Shown here: piece by piece, positions 26,327 through 35,185 of the stretch | How the letters are laid out: every line of letters starts with the position of its first letter | How positions within the stretch are numbered: the first letter of the stretch is position 1 | From: an uncultured Thermoplasmata archaeon | GTDB taxonomy: Archaea; Thermoplasmatota; Thermoplasmata; JAGHBH01 | Direction of reading: 5' to 3' | Assembly: GCA_964601625.1 (NCBI GenBank) | Contig: CAZROC010000003.1 | Coordinates: 31,681 to 95,680, forward strand | DNA: 64,000 nt | The notes under the pieces: model-generated | The model's input: the letters and a program-made list of their open reading frames with translations, nothing else | Told to the model about the DNA's origin: nothing | Databases searched by the model: none | Made by a program: the position numbers and the translations under genes

Positions 26327-26440
26327 ATGAAGCGCAGCTCAAGAGCATGGAAAAAACGAGGGAAAATGCGGTGGAAGTGGAGAAAAAAGCGCATGCGCCG
26401 CATGAAACGTGCAAAGCGTATGCACAAGACCGGGTCCTGA
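26327..26440 (+). CDS. rpl41e: Ribosomal protein eL41 (L41e), not in the supplied ORF track
   Basis: My own translation gives MKRSSRAWKKRGKMRWKWRKKRMRRMKRAKRMHKTGS. The RWKWRKKRMRRMKR core is the eL41 signature. GAGGAG lies 5 nt upstream of ATG 26327. Confidence 0.75.
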   Translation: MKRSSRAWKKRGKMRWKWRKKRMRRMKRAKRMHKTGS

Positions 26441-26499
26441 GCGGTGGCATGCTGGCACAGTGGACCACAGACCACAACCAACAACCGGCGGCGTACGGC

Positions 26500-26736
26500 G
26501 TGGGGGCATAGGCTAACCAGGCAGACTGGCGGGCTCCAGTTATCCGTTGGCCTCCTGTGCGAGGTCGGACGGCATGTGATAGAAAACGGGTATGCTGAGC
26601 GGTGATGACTAACTGGAGCTTTGATGGCTCCGACCCGCTGCGGGGTGTTTCCCGCCAGGAGATACCCGCTGATCTGGGTTCAAAAGACACAAAACCCGTG
26701 GTGGGCGTTTGTGTCTGGGATTCCCAGTGCCCCCAC
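26500..26736 (+). ncRNA. Structured RNA candidate of unknown class (leader of the rib operon or an independent ncRNA); strand inferred from context only
   Basis: Perfect 9-bp closing helix (26500-08/26728-36) and perfect 10-bp long-range helix (26533-42/26610-19). At least six nested hairpins. No credible ORF. Confidence 0.4.
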
Positions 26737-26805
26737 CACTCCTCGTCTCACACTTTATACGCGCCAGGAATTGTCTATCTCAGTCCATACAAACCCCGAT
26801 ACAAC

Positions 26806-26812
26806 TTTTTTT
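26806..26812 (+). terminator. Oligo-T tract (T7) between the structured RNA and ribB
   Basis: TTTTTTT is an archaeal-type termination signal. It lies 70 nt after the closing helix and 75 nt before ribB. Confidence 0.3.
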
Positions 26813-26886
26813 GTTAAACGGCAGGTTTATTTGGCAGCCGGTGTATAGCGGACTGCACAGTATTTCAAAGTGGATTACAGCGGGCG

Positions 26887-27615
26887 ATGAGCATGGAAAA
26901 AAACCTGGAAGAAAAAATAGGGCGGGCGCTGGAAAACCTCCGCAGAGGAAGGTTTGTGCTCGTGTATGATGCGGACGGGCGGGAGGAAGAAGTGGACTTC
27001 GTCTTGCCCAGCATCCTGGCAACACCCGCCCATGTCATGGAAATGAGAAAACACGGCGGCGGGCTCATATGTGTCACGTTGTCTTCGGAGGTGGCGGAGG
27101 TCGCCGGATTACCCTACATGGTGGACGTGATAAAAGAGGCGGGGAGGGAATATCCCACTCTGAGGGCCCTCCACGAGAACCACGTTCTCCCATACGACAC
27201 ACACTCTGCCTTTTCAATAACCATTAACCACGTCACAAACTACACGGGCATAACAGACGTGGACCGGGCAAAGACCATCTCCGCCCTGGGCGAATACGTG
27301 AAAAGAATAGCGGGAGGAGATATGGGAAAGGAGGGGGCGGTGGAACTTTTTGTCAAAAACTTCAGATCCCCTGGACACGTCCACCTTCTCAGGGCGGCGC
27401 CTGGGCTCCTGAAAAACAGGGAGGGGCACACGGAGCTGGCCACCGCTCTCTGTCAGATGGCGGGTCTCCCCCCGTCCGCCGTGATATGTGAGATGATGGG
27501 CGACGACCATATGGCCCTTCCGAAAAAAGAGGCGGAGCGCTACGGGAAAGAAAAAGGATATGTCCTGCTTGAGGGGTGGGAGATAAAGGAGGCGTGGAAA
27601 GAATGGTGCGGGTGA
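26887..27615 (+). CDS. ribB: 3,4-dihydroxy-2-butanone 4-phosphate synthase
   Basis: Collinear with archaeal RibB (VLVYDADGREEEVDFV, GGLICV, FSITINH, FRSPGHVHLL, GHTE, ICEMMGDD). Confidence 0.85.
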   Translation: MSMEKNLEEKIGRALENLRRGRFVLVYDADGREEEVDFVLPSILATPAHVMEMRKHGGGLICVTLSSEVAEVAGLPYMVDVIKEAGREYPTLRALHENHVLPYDTHSAFSITINHVTNYTGITDVDRAKTISALGEYVKRIAGGDMGKEGAVELFVKNFRSPGHVHLLRAAPGLLKNREGHTELATALCQMAGLPPSAVICEMMGDDHMALPKKEAERYGKEKGYVLLEGWEIKEAWKEWCG

Positions 27616-28073
27616 TGGCAACAGGTGTCTTTGACATCATACATCTGGGACACATACACTTCCTTGAAGAGGCAAAAAAACTGGGCGACGAACTGGTCGT
27701 AGTTGTGGCCAGCGACACAACCGTGAGGCGCAACAAACACCACCCCATAAACCCGGCGGAGGTCAGGGCCAGAATCGTTGAGGCCCTCAAACCCGTTGAC
27801 AGGGCGGTTGTGGGACACGAGGACGACCCCCTGCGGATAGTTGAGGAACTCCGCCCGGACATAATAGTGCTGGGATATGACCAGCCCTTTGACGAGAGGG
27901 AACTGGAACAAAAGCTGAGAGAGCGGGGGCTGGAAGTGCGGGTCATACGACTCTCACACTACGATGCTGATCTCAATGGCACGAGAAAACTCATATTCCG
28001 GATAGCGGAGCGGCTTGCCAGGGAGGAGTTGTACGGTGGTGGAAAGATTGGAAAGAAAAACGGCGGAGGGTAG
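27603..28073 (+). CDS. ribL: FAD synthetase (FMN adenylyltransferase), archaeal RibL type
   Basis: Cytidylyltransferase motif TGVFDIIHLGH plus an RibL-like remainder. The start is ATG 27603 or ATG 27615 (the latter overlaps the ribB TGA). Confidence 0.8.
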   Translation: MVRVMATGVFDIIHLGHIHFLEEAKKLGDELVVVVASDTTVRRNKHHPINPAEVRARIVEALKPVDRAVVGHEDDPLRIVEELRPDIIVLGYDQPFDERELEQKLRERGLEVRVIRLSHYDADLNGTRKLIFRIAERLAREELYGGGKIGKKNGGG

Positions 28074-28083
28074 AATGGGGTAG

Positions 28084-28668
<585 letters not shown>

Positions 28669-28772
28669 CAATCAAACAACCACAGACAACCACAATTCTC
28701 TTAATACACAAAACAATTACAGGATATAAGACAGTGTCGGATGGTGTTGGATGCCTCAACGGAGATGGTCAG

Positions 28773-29822
28773 ATGGAACTCAGCAGAGAAGAATGGGTGT
28801 CCCTGGTACTGCGTAACGCGGAAGAGGTTGTCACAAGAGAGGAGCTGCTGGCTCTCTACGACAAAGAAGAAAAACTCGCATACATAGGGTTTGAGCCGTC
28901 TGGCCTGGCACACGTCGGGTGGGTGATTCAGGCAGAGAAGGTCAAAGACCTCCAGAAAGCGGGGTTTGATGTCATCATATATCTGGCTGACTGGCACGCA
29001 TACATAAACGACAAGTTCGGAGGAGACATAGAAAAAATAAGGGAGTGCGGCAGGTACATGGAGGACTGCTTCAGAGCCCTGGGGGTGGACGAAAACAAAA
29101 CCCGGTTCCTGTATGCGTCGGAACTGCTGGACACCATGGACTACTGGGAAAAGGTGCTTAGAATATCCAAAAAAACCACCATACAACGGATGAAAAGAGC
29201 GCTGACCATAATGGGACGCAGAGAAGAAGAGGGTGAGATGGACGCTTCCAAACTGATATACCCCGCCATGCAGGCAGCGGACATATTCCAGATGGGCGTG
29301 GACCTGGCGCTGGGCGGGATGGACCAGAGAAAGGCCCACATGCTGGCCCGGGACGCAGCGGACCGTCTGGGCTGGAAAAAATTTGTGGCCCTCCACACAC
29401 CTCTCCTCCCCTCACTCTCCGGTGGAAGCAGAATGGATCCCATAGAGGGAAAGATGAGCAAGAGCGACCCCTCCACAGCCATTTTCATCCACGACTCGCC
29501 GGAGGACCTGGAGAAGAAATTGAAAAAGGCCTTCTGTCCCCAGGGCGTGGTGGAGAACAACCCCGTGCTTGAGATGGCGCGGCTTATCGTCTTCCCCATC
29601 CTGGGCGAACTGGTGATAGACCGCCCTGAAAAGTTTGGCGGGAGGATAAGATTTTCCGACTACATGGAGCTTGAGAGGGTGTACGAGAAGGGCGAACTGC
29701 ACCCCCTTGACCTCAAAAAGGGCGTTGCCGCAGCGCTTTCGGACATACTGGCTCCGGTGAGAGATTATTTCGCCCGCAGGCCAGAAAACCTTGAGAGGGC
29801 AAAAGAGCTCGTGGGAATATGA
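28773..29822 (+). CDS. tyrS: Tyrosyl-tRNA synthetase
   Basis: Class I motifs YIGFEPSGLAHVGW (HIGH region) and KMSKS. Start at ATG 28773 rather than the track start 28665. Confidence 0.9.
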   Translation: MELSREEWVSLVLRNAEEVVTREELLALYDKEEKLAYIGFEPSGLAHVGWVIQAEKVKDLQKAGFDVIIYLADWHAYINDKFGGDIEKIRECGRYMEDCFRALGVDENKTRFLYASELLDTMDYWEKVLRISKKTTIQRMKRALTIMGRREEEGEMDASKLIYPAMQAADIFQMGVDLALGGMDQRKAHMLARDAADRLGWKKFVALHTPLLPSLSGGSRMDPIEGKMSKSDPSTAIFIHDSPEDLEKKLKKAFCPQGVVENNPVLEMARLIVFPILGELVIDRPEKFGGRIRFSDYMELERVYEKGELHPLDLKKGVAAALSDILAPVRDYFARRPENLERAKELVGI

Positions 29823-29825
29823 CCC

Positions 29826-30170
29826 ATGACCAAGACAAAACCGCTTGTCAGAGGTGTCAGAGGTGGACGGATGGAGATCCTGAAACAGGAGGTGTGGATT
29901 CACCGGGACGAAAAGGTGGTATCGCTTGAAATATTCAACAGGGGAAAGAGGGTGTTTTACAGCTACACATACATGTTTAAAGGGCGAAAGGGCGACTGGC
30001 GCCCGGCCGTGAGGTGGGACAACTACGAGTCGCCGCACGTGGACAAATACGACGAAAACCGTGCCCTGATAGAGACACAGCCATGTGGAGAAAAGCGCCT
30101 GGATGACGTGGTGAAACTCGCCACAATATTCAGAAAGAACCTGCTCGCAATGGACCTGTCGGGTTTATAA
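29826..30170 (+). CDS. DUF6516/TumE-like putative toxin
   Basis: YSYTYMF...AVRWDNYESPHVDKYDEN pattern, typical as I recall of the family. It is paired with a downstream HTH gene. Confidence 0.4.
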   Translation: MTKTKPLVRGVRGGRMEILKQEVWIHRDEKVVSLEIFNRGKRVFYSYTYMFKGRKGDWRPAVRWDNYESPHVDKYDENRALIETQPCGEKRLDDVVKLATIFRKNLLAMDLSGL

Positions 30171-30221
30171 ACCGGCGGATGTGGAAGATTGGAAAAGGAG
30201 CACAGAGGGCGGAGTGAAAAA

Positions 30222-30719
30222 ATGAGAGTTGAGATTGTCAAAGAGTACAGCCCGGCCGAGATGGAAGAGATGAAAAACGGGCTCCTCAAAAAATACGGGT
30301 CTAGGAGCGTTCTCCAACAGAAAATAGCCCACACCGGCTGCACCCGGCCGGAGTACGTGGATGATTACATGCTGCTGTATGCCCTGGAGAGCAAAAACCC
30401 CTCCTTCCGCCATACACGCATATACACCTCCCCGGAGGTCACCTTTGCACTCACGCCCAGGAGGATGGAACTGCTGGACTTTCTCGCAGAGCACAGGGTT
30501 GAGTCCATAACACACCTCGCAGAGACTCTGAAAAGGGACTACAAAAACGTGTACGACGACATACGGGTCCTGTCTGATTATGGACTTGTCTCACTTGTGA
30601 GAGACGGCAGAAAAGTCCGCCCCGTGCCAGAGACACAGCGCATAACCATCACAATAGGACCATACACCTATGGTGGAAGCGGAGAAGCGGCGGGGAGACA
30701 GATAAAAGGAAAAGAGTGA
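30222..30719 (+). CDS. Winged-helix DNA-binding protein (putative antitoxin/regulator partner of DUF6516)
   Basis: LTPRRMELLDFLAEHRVESITHLAETLKRDYKNVYDDIRVLSDYGLVSL is an MarR/ArsR-like wHTH. ATG 30222 lies behind GGAGTG. Confidence 0.5.
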   Translation: MRVEIVKEYSPAEMEEMKNGLLKKYGSRSVLQQKIAHTGCTRPEYVDDYMLLYALESKNPSFRHTRIYTSPEVTFALTPRRMELLDFLAEHRVESITHLAETLKRDYKNVYDDIRVLSDYGLVSLVRDGRKVRPVPETQRITITIGPYTYGGSGEAAGRQIKGKE

Positions 30720-30745
30720 GAGGTATAAGATGAGAGGTATAAGCG

Positions 30746-31594
30746 ATGAAAAAAGCATCACCGGCATCCCTGTCTGACATGCTGTCTCTCATACGCCCCC
30801 ACAACTGTGCCATGAGCGGCGTGGCCAGCGTCCTCGCCCTGTACATAGCCGTGGGCGGAGCCTTCTTCCTCCACAGCCCCCTAACAGTGGTAGAGGTTTT
30901 CCTCATATCTTTTCTCTTCGCATCCGCCGGGAACGCCCTCAACGACTACATGGACAGAGACATAGACCGGACAGCACATCCCCACCGCCCCATCCCATCC
31001 GGAAAAATAAGAGCCGAGAGCGCCCGCACATATTCATTCGTCACATTTGCTATCCTGGTCGCCTGGTCCTTTTTCCTCCACCCCCTGGCATTCGCCGTTG
31101 TGGCAACCAGCGCCGTCGTTATGATTTCCTACGAGTACCACCTGAAAAAAAGAGGACTTCCCGGAAACCTGGCTATAGGGTGGCTCACCGGATGTGCCTT
31201 CCTCTTCGGCGGAGGAGCCGCGGGAAGGATGGAAATAGTCGGGTTCCTGGCCCTGCTGGCGATGCTTTCAACCGTCGGGAGAGAGATAGCAAAAGACATT
31301 GAAGACGTGAAATCCGACCGGGGCCAGAGAACAACTCTGCCCATGAAAATCGGTGCCAGAAGGTCCTCTGCTGTCAGCGGGGCTTTCTTCCTGTCCGCCG
31401 TGGCGCTCAGCCCCCTGCCATACCTGATCGGCGTGCTGCAGACATCCTACTTGCTGGTGGTGGCAGTGTCGGATGCAATATTTATATACAGCGTCTATCT
31501 GCTCAAAAAAGATGTAACCCGGGCTCAGAAAACATCCAAGGTCGCCATGCTGTTCGGGCTGATAGCCTTCTTCGTCGGAAAAATAACGATGTAG
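30746..31594 (+). CDS. Digeranylgeranylglyceryl phosphate (DGGGP) synthase, UbiA prenyltransferase family
   Basis: NALNDYMDRDIDR motif, a second Asp-rich motif (KDIEDVKSD) and about 8 predicted TM segments. Confidence 0.85.
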   Translation: MKKASPASLSDMLSLIRPHNCAMSGVASVLALYIAVGGAFFLHSPLTVVEVFLISFLFASAGNALNDYMDRDIDRTAHPHRPIPSGKIRAESARTYSFVTFAILVAWSFFLHPLAFAVVATSAVVMISYEYHLKKRGLPGNLAIGWLTGCAFLFGGGAAGRMEIVGFLALLAMLSTVGREIAKDIEDVKSDRGQRTTLPMKIGARRSSAVSGAFFLSAVALSPLPYLIGVLQTSYLLVVAVSDAIFIYSVYLLKKDVTRAQKTSKVAMLFGLIAFFVGKITM

Positions 31595-31639
31595 TAATCT
31601 GATAAAACAGGTGACATAAAAAGGCGGAGGTGTACGAGA

Positions 31640-32404
31640 ATGGCAGAAAAAAAGGCCGAAGCGGTCTATGATTACATACTCAGAGAACTCAGAGAGAAAG
31701 AAAAGATGCACATGGCGCTCATAGACCCTGACAAACAGTCCCCCCAAAAAGCAGGAGAAAAAGCCCTGGCAGCTGCCCTGGGCGGAACCAGTGCCATAAT
31801 GGTCGGCGGCTCCACCGGTGTCACACAGCAAAAACTGGACGAAACCATAAAAGCCATAAAAGAAAGGGTTGAACTCCCAGTCATCCTCTTTCCGTCCGGC
31901 GCGTCGGCTATAACCCCAAACCTTGACGCTCTCTATTTTATGATGGCGATGAACTCCACAGACCCCCGTTTTCTCGTGGAAGAGCAGGCAAAGGCGGCAC
32001 CTTATATCAAAAAGATGGGCATAGAAACGATCCCCATGGGATACGTAATAGTTGAGCCGGGGATGAAGGTCGGAGAGGTCTCCAGAGCCCGCCTTGTCAA
32101 AAGGGACGAGGCGGAGCGGGCCATCGGATACGCCCTGGCAGCGGAGATGTTTGGAATGAAACTCGTCTACCTGGAAGCGGGGAGCGGAGCGGACAGCCCC
32201 GTTCCACCGGACATGATAAAGGCCGTGCGGGAAAAACTTGACCCAAAAATACCCCTCATAGTAGGGGGAGGGATAGACGGCCCAGAAAAAGCCAGGACCG
32301 TGGCAATGGCGGGGGCGGACATAATAGTCACGGGCACACTCGTGGAAAAAGTCGGAGATGTGGAGGATAAAATAAGGGAGATTGTTGAGGCGCTGGGACG
32401 TTGA
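31640..32404 (+). CDS. Geranylgeranylglyceryl phosphate (GGGP) synthase (PcrB family)
   Basis: LIDPDKQ, MVGGSTGV, ILFPS, YLEAGSGA and VGGGI motifs of the TIM-barrel GGGPS family. Confidence 0.85.
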   Translation: MAEKKAEAVYDYILRELREKEKMHMALIDPDKQSPQKAGEKALAAALGGTSAIMVGGSTGVTQQKLDETIKAIKERVELPVILFPSGASAITPNLDALYFMMAMNSTDPRFLVEEQAKAAPYIKKMGIETIPMGYVIVEPGMKVGEVSRARLVKRDEAERAIGYALAAEMFGMKLVYLEAGSGADSPVPPDMIKAVREKLDPKIPLIVGGGIDGPEKARTVAMAGADIIVTGTLVEKVGDVEDKIREIVEALGR

Positions 32405-32419
32405 TCATTATCCGGCAGA

Positions 32420-33013
32420 TCACCGATGAGCCATTTCTATGAACATCCTGTGTATCCGCGTGTCTCCCGTCAGCTCTGGGTGAAAAGCCAGGGCCAGGAG
32501 GTTGTCCTGTTTCGCCATGACAACGGCATCGCCGAGCCAGCCCACGGGTCTGCAGCGGCCCCACGTCTCGGTTATCACAGGCGCCCTTATGAAGACGCCG
32601 TGGAAAGAGCCAATATCCTCCACTCTCACCTCCGCCTCAAAGGACTCGCGCTGGCGGCCAAAGGCGTTTCTGTCCACGGCCATGTCCATGAGTCCCAGCA
32701 GCTCTGTCCTGGTCCGCGTCACCTCGTCGTCGCCCCTTGAAGCCAGCAGGATGCAACCGGCACAGGTTCCCATGATGGGGATACCGTTCTTTCCTATCTC
32801 CCTTATCTTTTCAAAAAGGCCGTATTTCAGCAGCAGCTTAGATATTGTCGTGCTCTCTCCGCCGGGGAGTATGAGGGCATCAAGGTCCCGGAGGTGTTCC
32901 AGCCGGGTCACCTTTACAACGTCCCCTCCCCCCGCTGTTTCTTCCAGCGCTTTCTTTGTGACCTGTACATGTTCGTGAACTGATCCCTGGACAGCGACCA
33001 CTCCAATTCTCAT
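32420..33013 (-). CDS. pdxT: Pyridoxal 5'-phosphate synthase glutaminase subunit PdxT
   Basis: MRIGVVAVQG, LILPGGESTT, GTCAG and FHPE triad motifs. Confidence 0.9.
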   Translation of the reverse strand: MRIGVVAVQGSVHEHVQVTKKALEETAGGGDVVKVTRLEHLRDLDALILPGGESTTISKLLLKYGLFEKIREIGKNGIPIMGTCAGCILLASRGDDEVTRTRTELLGLMDMAVDRNAFGRQRESFEAEVRVEDIGSFHGVFIRAPVITETWGRCRPVGWLGDAVVMAKQDNLLALAFHPELTGDTRIHRMFIEMAHR

Positions 33014-33048
33014 GGCGTTTCCGCTCCCAAAATCTCAGCTCTCCAGTA

Positions 33049-35151
33049 TCACAATCTTATTTCGTCGTCCCAGTCCTCGCCGCCCTCGTCTTTGCCTTCG
33101 TCAAAGCCCGGGAGTTCATCCGCGGTTTCCTCGTCTCCAAAACCTTCTCCTCTCAGGCCGGCTTTTTTCTCCAGTTCTTCTCCGTGCATTATCGCCCTCT
33201 CGGCGTTCTTTATCGCCTCGGCGAAATCCCCTGCTTTGAAAGCATTCTCAGCCCTGGTGAAAAAGCTCTTCATCTGCGACAGGTCAACGTCCGTGTATCT
33301 CAAACTGTAAAGGAGTGCCTGGGCGTCTCTTATGAGATCCCGTGCTTTTTCCCGTCTGGCAAGTGTTTCTTCCAGGCGGCGTTCTATTGTGGAGAGATAT
33401 GTTCCTGCACGTGAGAACTCTCTGGAGGCGAAAAAGTTTCTCGCCTCGTACAACATTGACTCCAGGCTGGTGGTGTCCACCCCCTTGAGCCGTGCCTCGT
33501 GTATCTTTTTTTCCACCTCCCGCATCTTTTCCCGTACCTCGTCCTCGCTTGTCTTTTCACCGTCCAGGTCCTCGTCGGCGATGGAAAGATCCTGTTCAGA
33601 CGGGGGCGGCGTCTCCGGGGGCGGAGGAACCGGCTTGAGATGGGGCTTTTTTCTGCGGGCCGGCTGGGCGGGTTTCTGCTCCTCCATGGTCATACCCTCT
33701 TCCCCAGGCACGTCAGTGGGCGTTGATATCAGGCCGAGTTCTTCCCTGATCTCCTCTTCGTCCACATCTGGCTGTATGTCTTCTCTCTCCCGTGCCGCTT
33801 TTATGTCCGCCAGAGACACCACAATGGGGTACCTGAAACGGTCGTACATCACCCACCCCACGATTATGACCATGAAAACCGCCAGAGATACGTAGCCGAA
33901 CAGGACATAAAGCATCGGATTTGAGCCAACGTATATCTCGCGGGAAAGTGAGAAAGCAGGCAGGGGTTCGGCTGTGGCGTTCGGGAAAACCGTTGCAGAC
34001 AGCATGTGAGTGCCCGTTCTGGGGAACGTCACATTGAAAACGAAGTCCTCACGGGCTCCGTTACCCAGCGAGATGTTCATCTGCCCTATTTCCTCCCCGT
34101 TGTCATACAATACTAGGGGGACGTCCTGGGCCAGGACACCGCTCGGGTTATAGACAGTGACACGGACCTCAACGTTCATTCTGCTCAAAACCCTCCCATA
34201 GGGGGAGACCACTTCTATTTTCTCCACCACCAGGTATGGCACGGGGTTTATGTGAACCACAAAAGGCGTCTGGGACGTGTCAGGGAAAGGTGTCCCTCCG
34301 GGCATTACCGCTTCGGCGTAAAACGTGAAATCGCCCGCGGCAACGGTGGGTGGTACGGTGATGTTAACCACTGTGGTGTTAAATCCATCCGCCAGCACAT
34401 CCATGACAGGCATCTCGTCCACAGAAGGATATGCCCACCCCGCGGGCAGTCCTATGGTGTTCGGGTCCTGCTTTAGCGCAACCACCACACGGTCCCCTAT
34501 GTTTCCACGGTTGTAGACCCTTATCTGCAACGAAAACGTCCGCCCGGGGTCAACGTGCACCTCGGACGGCACAATATTTTCAACTGCTGGTAAGGATGCC
34601 GGAACGACGGTTATATTTATGCGAATTGACGCGTTGAGATACCACTGGTAGTCGTCCGTGCCTGCCTTAAAAAAAATGTGATAGTCGCCTGCTGGCATCC
34701 CGGGTGGGACCGAAAAATCTGCGGAAAATGAAATACTCTCCGATGGCGCGAGTGTGGGTGTAATATACACCTCCGAACCATTGTCCAGGTGCGAGAGACC
34801 AGAAAGGTCCACGCTGATCTCTTTGCCCCCGGCGCTCATGTTGGAGGAGCCAAGGCCCTTGTCCATCGTTATTATAAAAGACTGGTCCGTGTCCTGGTTG
34901 TTTGTCAGAGAAAGGTTTACCGAGAAAAAAACATCAGGTCTCACAGGATAATCCGTCCTGTTATCTGCCACCGCCCAGGTCGCACAAGGGGGGATGGATT
35001 CCGCAAAAACGGGGTGTGACACAAAAAAGGGCGGTAGCAAAAAAGAAATGGTCAGAAAAAAGGACAGTGCCGCTGCTGTTTTCCCCGCTGATAGTCTCCT
35101 TCCGCGATTATTCCCATGACAAACACGAAGGTGTCCATTTTTCATATCCAT
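33049..35151 (-). CDS. Large bitopic surface protein: signal peptide, CARDB/Ig-like ectodomain, TM, acidic coiled-coil cytoplasmic tail
   Basis: Signal-like LSFFLTISFLLPPFFV and many N-x-S/T sequons. TM YVSLAVFMVIIVGWVMY. The C-terminal about 270 aa are charged helical. Start at ATG 35151, with TATATAT about 30 nt upstream. Confidence 0.55.
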   Translation of the reverse strand: MDMKNGHLRVCHGNNRGRRLSAGKTAAALSFFLTISFLLPPFFVSHPVFAESIPPCATWAVADNRTDYPVRPDVFFSVNLSLTNNQDTDQSFIITMDKGLGSSNMSAGGKEISVDLSGLSHLDNGSEVYITPTLAPSESISFSADFSVPPGMPAGDYHIFFKAGTDDYQWYLNASIRINITVVPASLPAVENIVPSEVHVDPGRTFSLQIRVYNRGNIGDRVVVALKQDPNTIGLPAGWAYPSVDEMPVMDVLADGFNTTVVNITVPPTVAAGDFTFYAEAVMPGGTPFPDTSQTPFVVHINPVPYLVVEKIEVVSPYGRVLSRMNVEVRVTVYNPSGVLAQDVPLVLYDNGEEIGQMNISLGNGAREDFVFNVTFPRTGTHMLSATVFPNATAEPLPAFSLSREIYVGSNPMLYVLFGYVSLAVFMVIIVGWVMYDRFRYPIVVSLADIKAAREREDIQPDVDEEEIREELGLISTPTDVPGEEGMTMEEQKPAQPARRKKPHLKPVPPPPETPPPSEQDLSIADEDLDGEKTSEDEVREKMREVEKKIHEARLKGVDTTSLESMLYEARNFFASREFSRAGTYLSTIERRLEETLARREKARDLIRDAQALLYSLRYTDVDLSQMKSFFTRAENAFKAGDFAEAIKNAERAIMHGEELEKKAGLRGEGFGDEETADELPGFDEGKDEGGEDWDDEIRL

Positions 35152-35185
35152 CTCCCGGTTTAATATGGCAGCGGCCAATATATAC

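Noticed and set aside
26602-26672. Possible C/D-box sRNA (GTGATGA at 26602-08, CTGA at 26669-72; also GTGATAG/CTGA at 26576-98)
   Set aside because: The box spacing (71 nt or 23 nt) is wrong. There is no terminal stem, and there are no convincing C'/D' boxes with 12-nt guides. A k-turn-like motif remains possible, but a C/D sRNA is not supported.
25828-26690. Minus-strand ORFs 25828-26484 (218 aa) and 26205-26690 (161 aa), and plus-strand ORFs 26302-26511, 26602-26817 and 26621-26848
   Set aside because: They overlap tRNA-Arg, the PH-like gene, eL41 or the structured RNA region. None has a start context or domain signature.
26500-26736. Identification of the structured RNA as SRP RNA or RNase P RNA
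   Set aside because: I could not find the SRP helix-8 signature (GNAR tetraloop flanked by AGG/AGCA-type loops) on either strand. I also could not find the universal RNase P CR-I GAGGAAAGUCC. At about 237 nt it is also short for archaeal SRP RNA. I have left the class unknown pending a covariance-model search.
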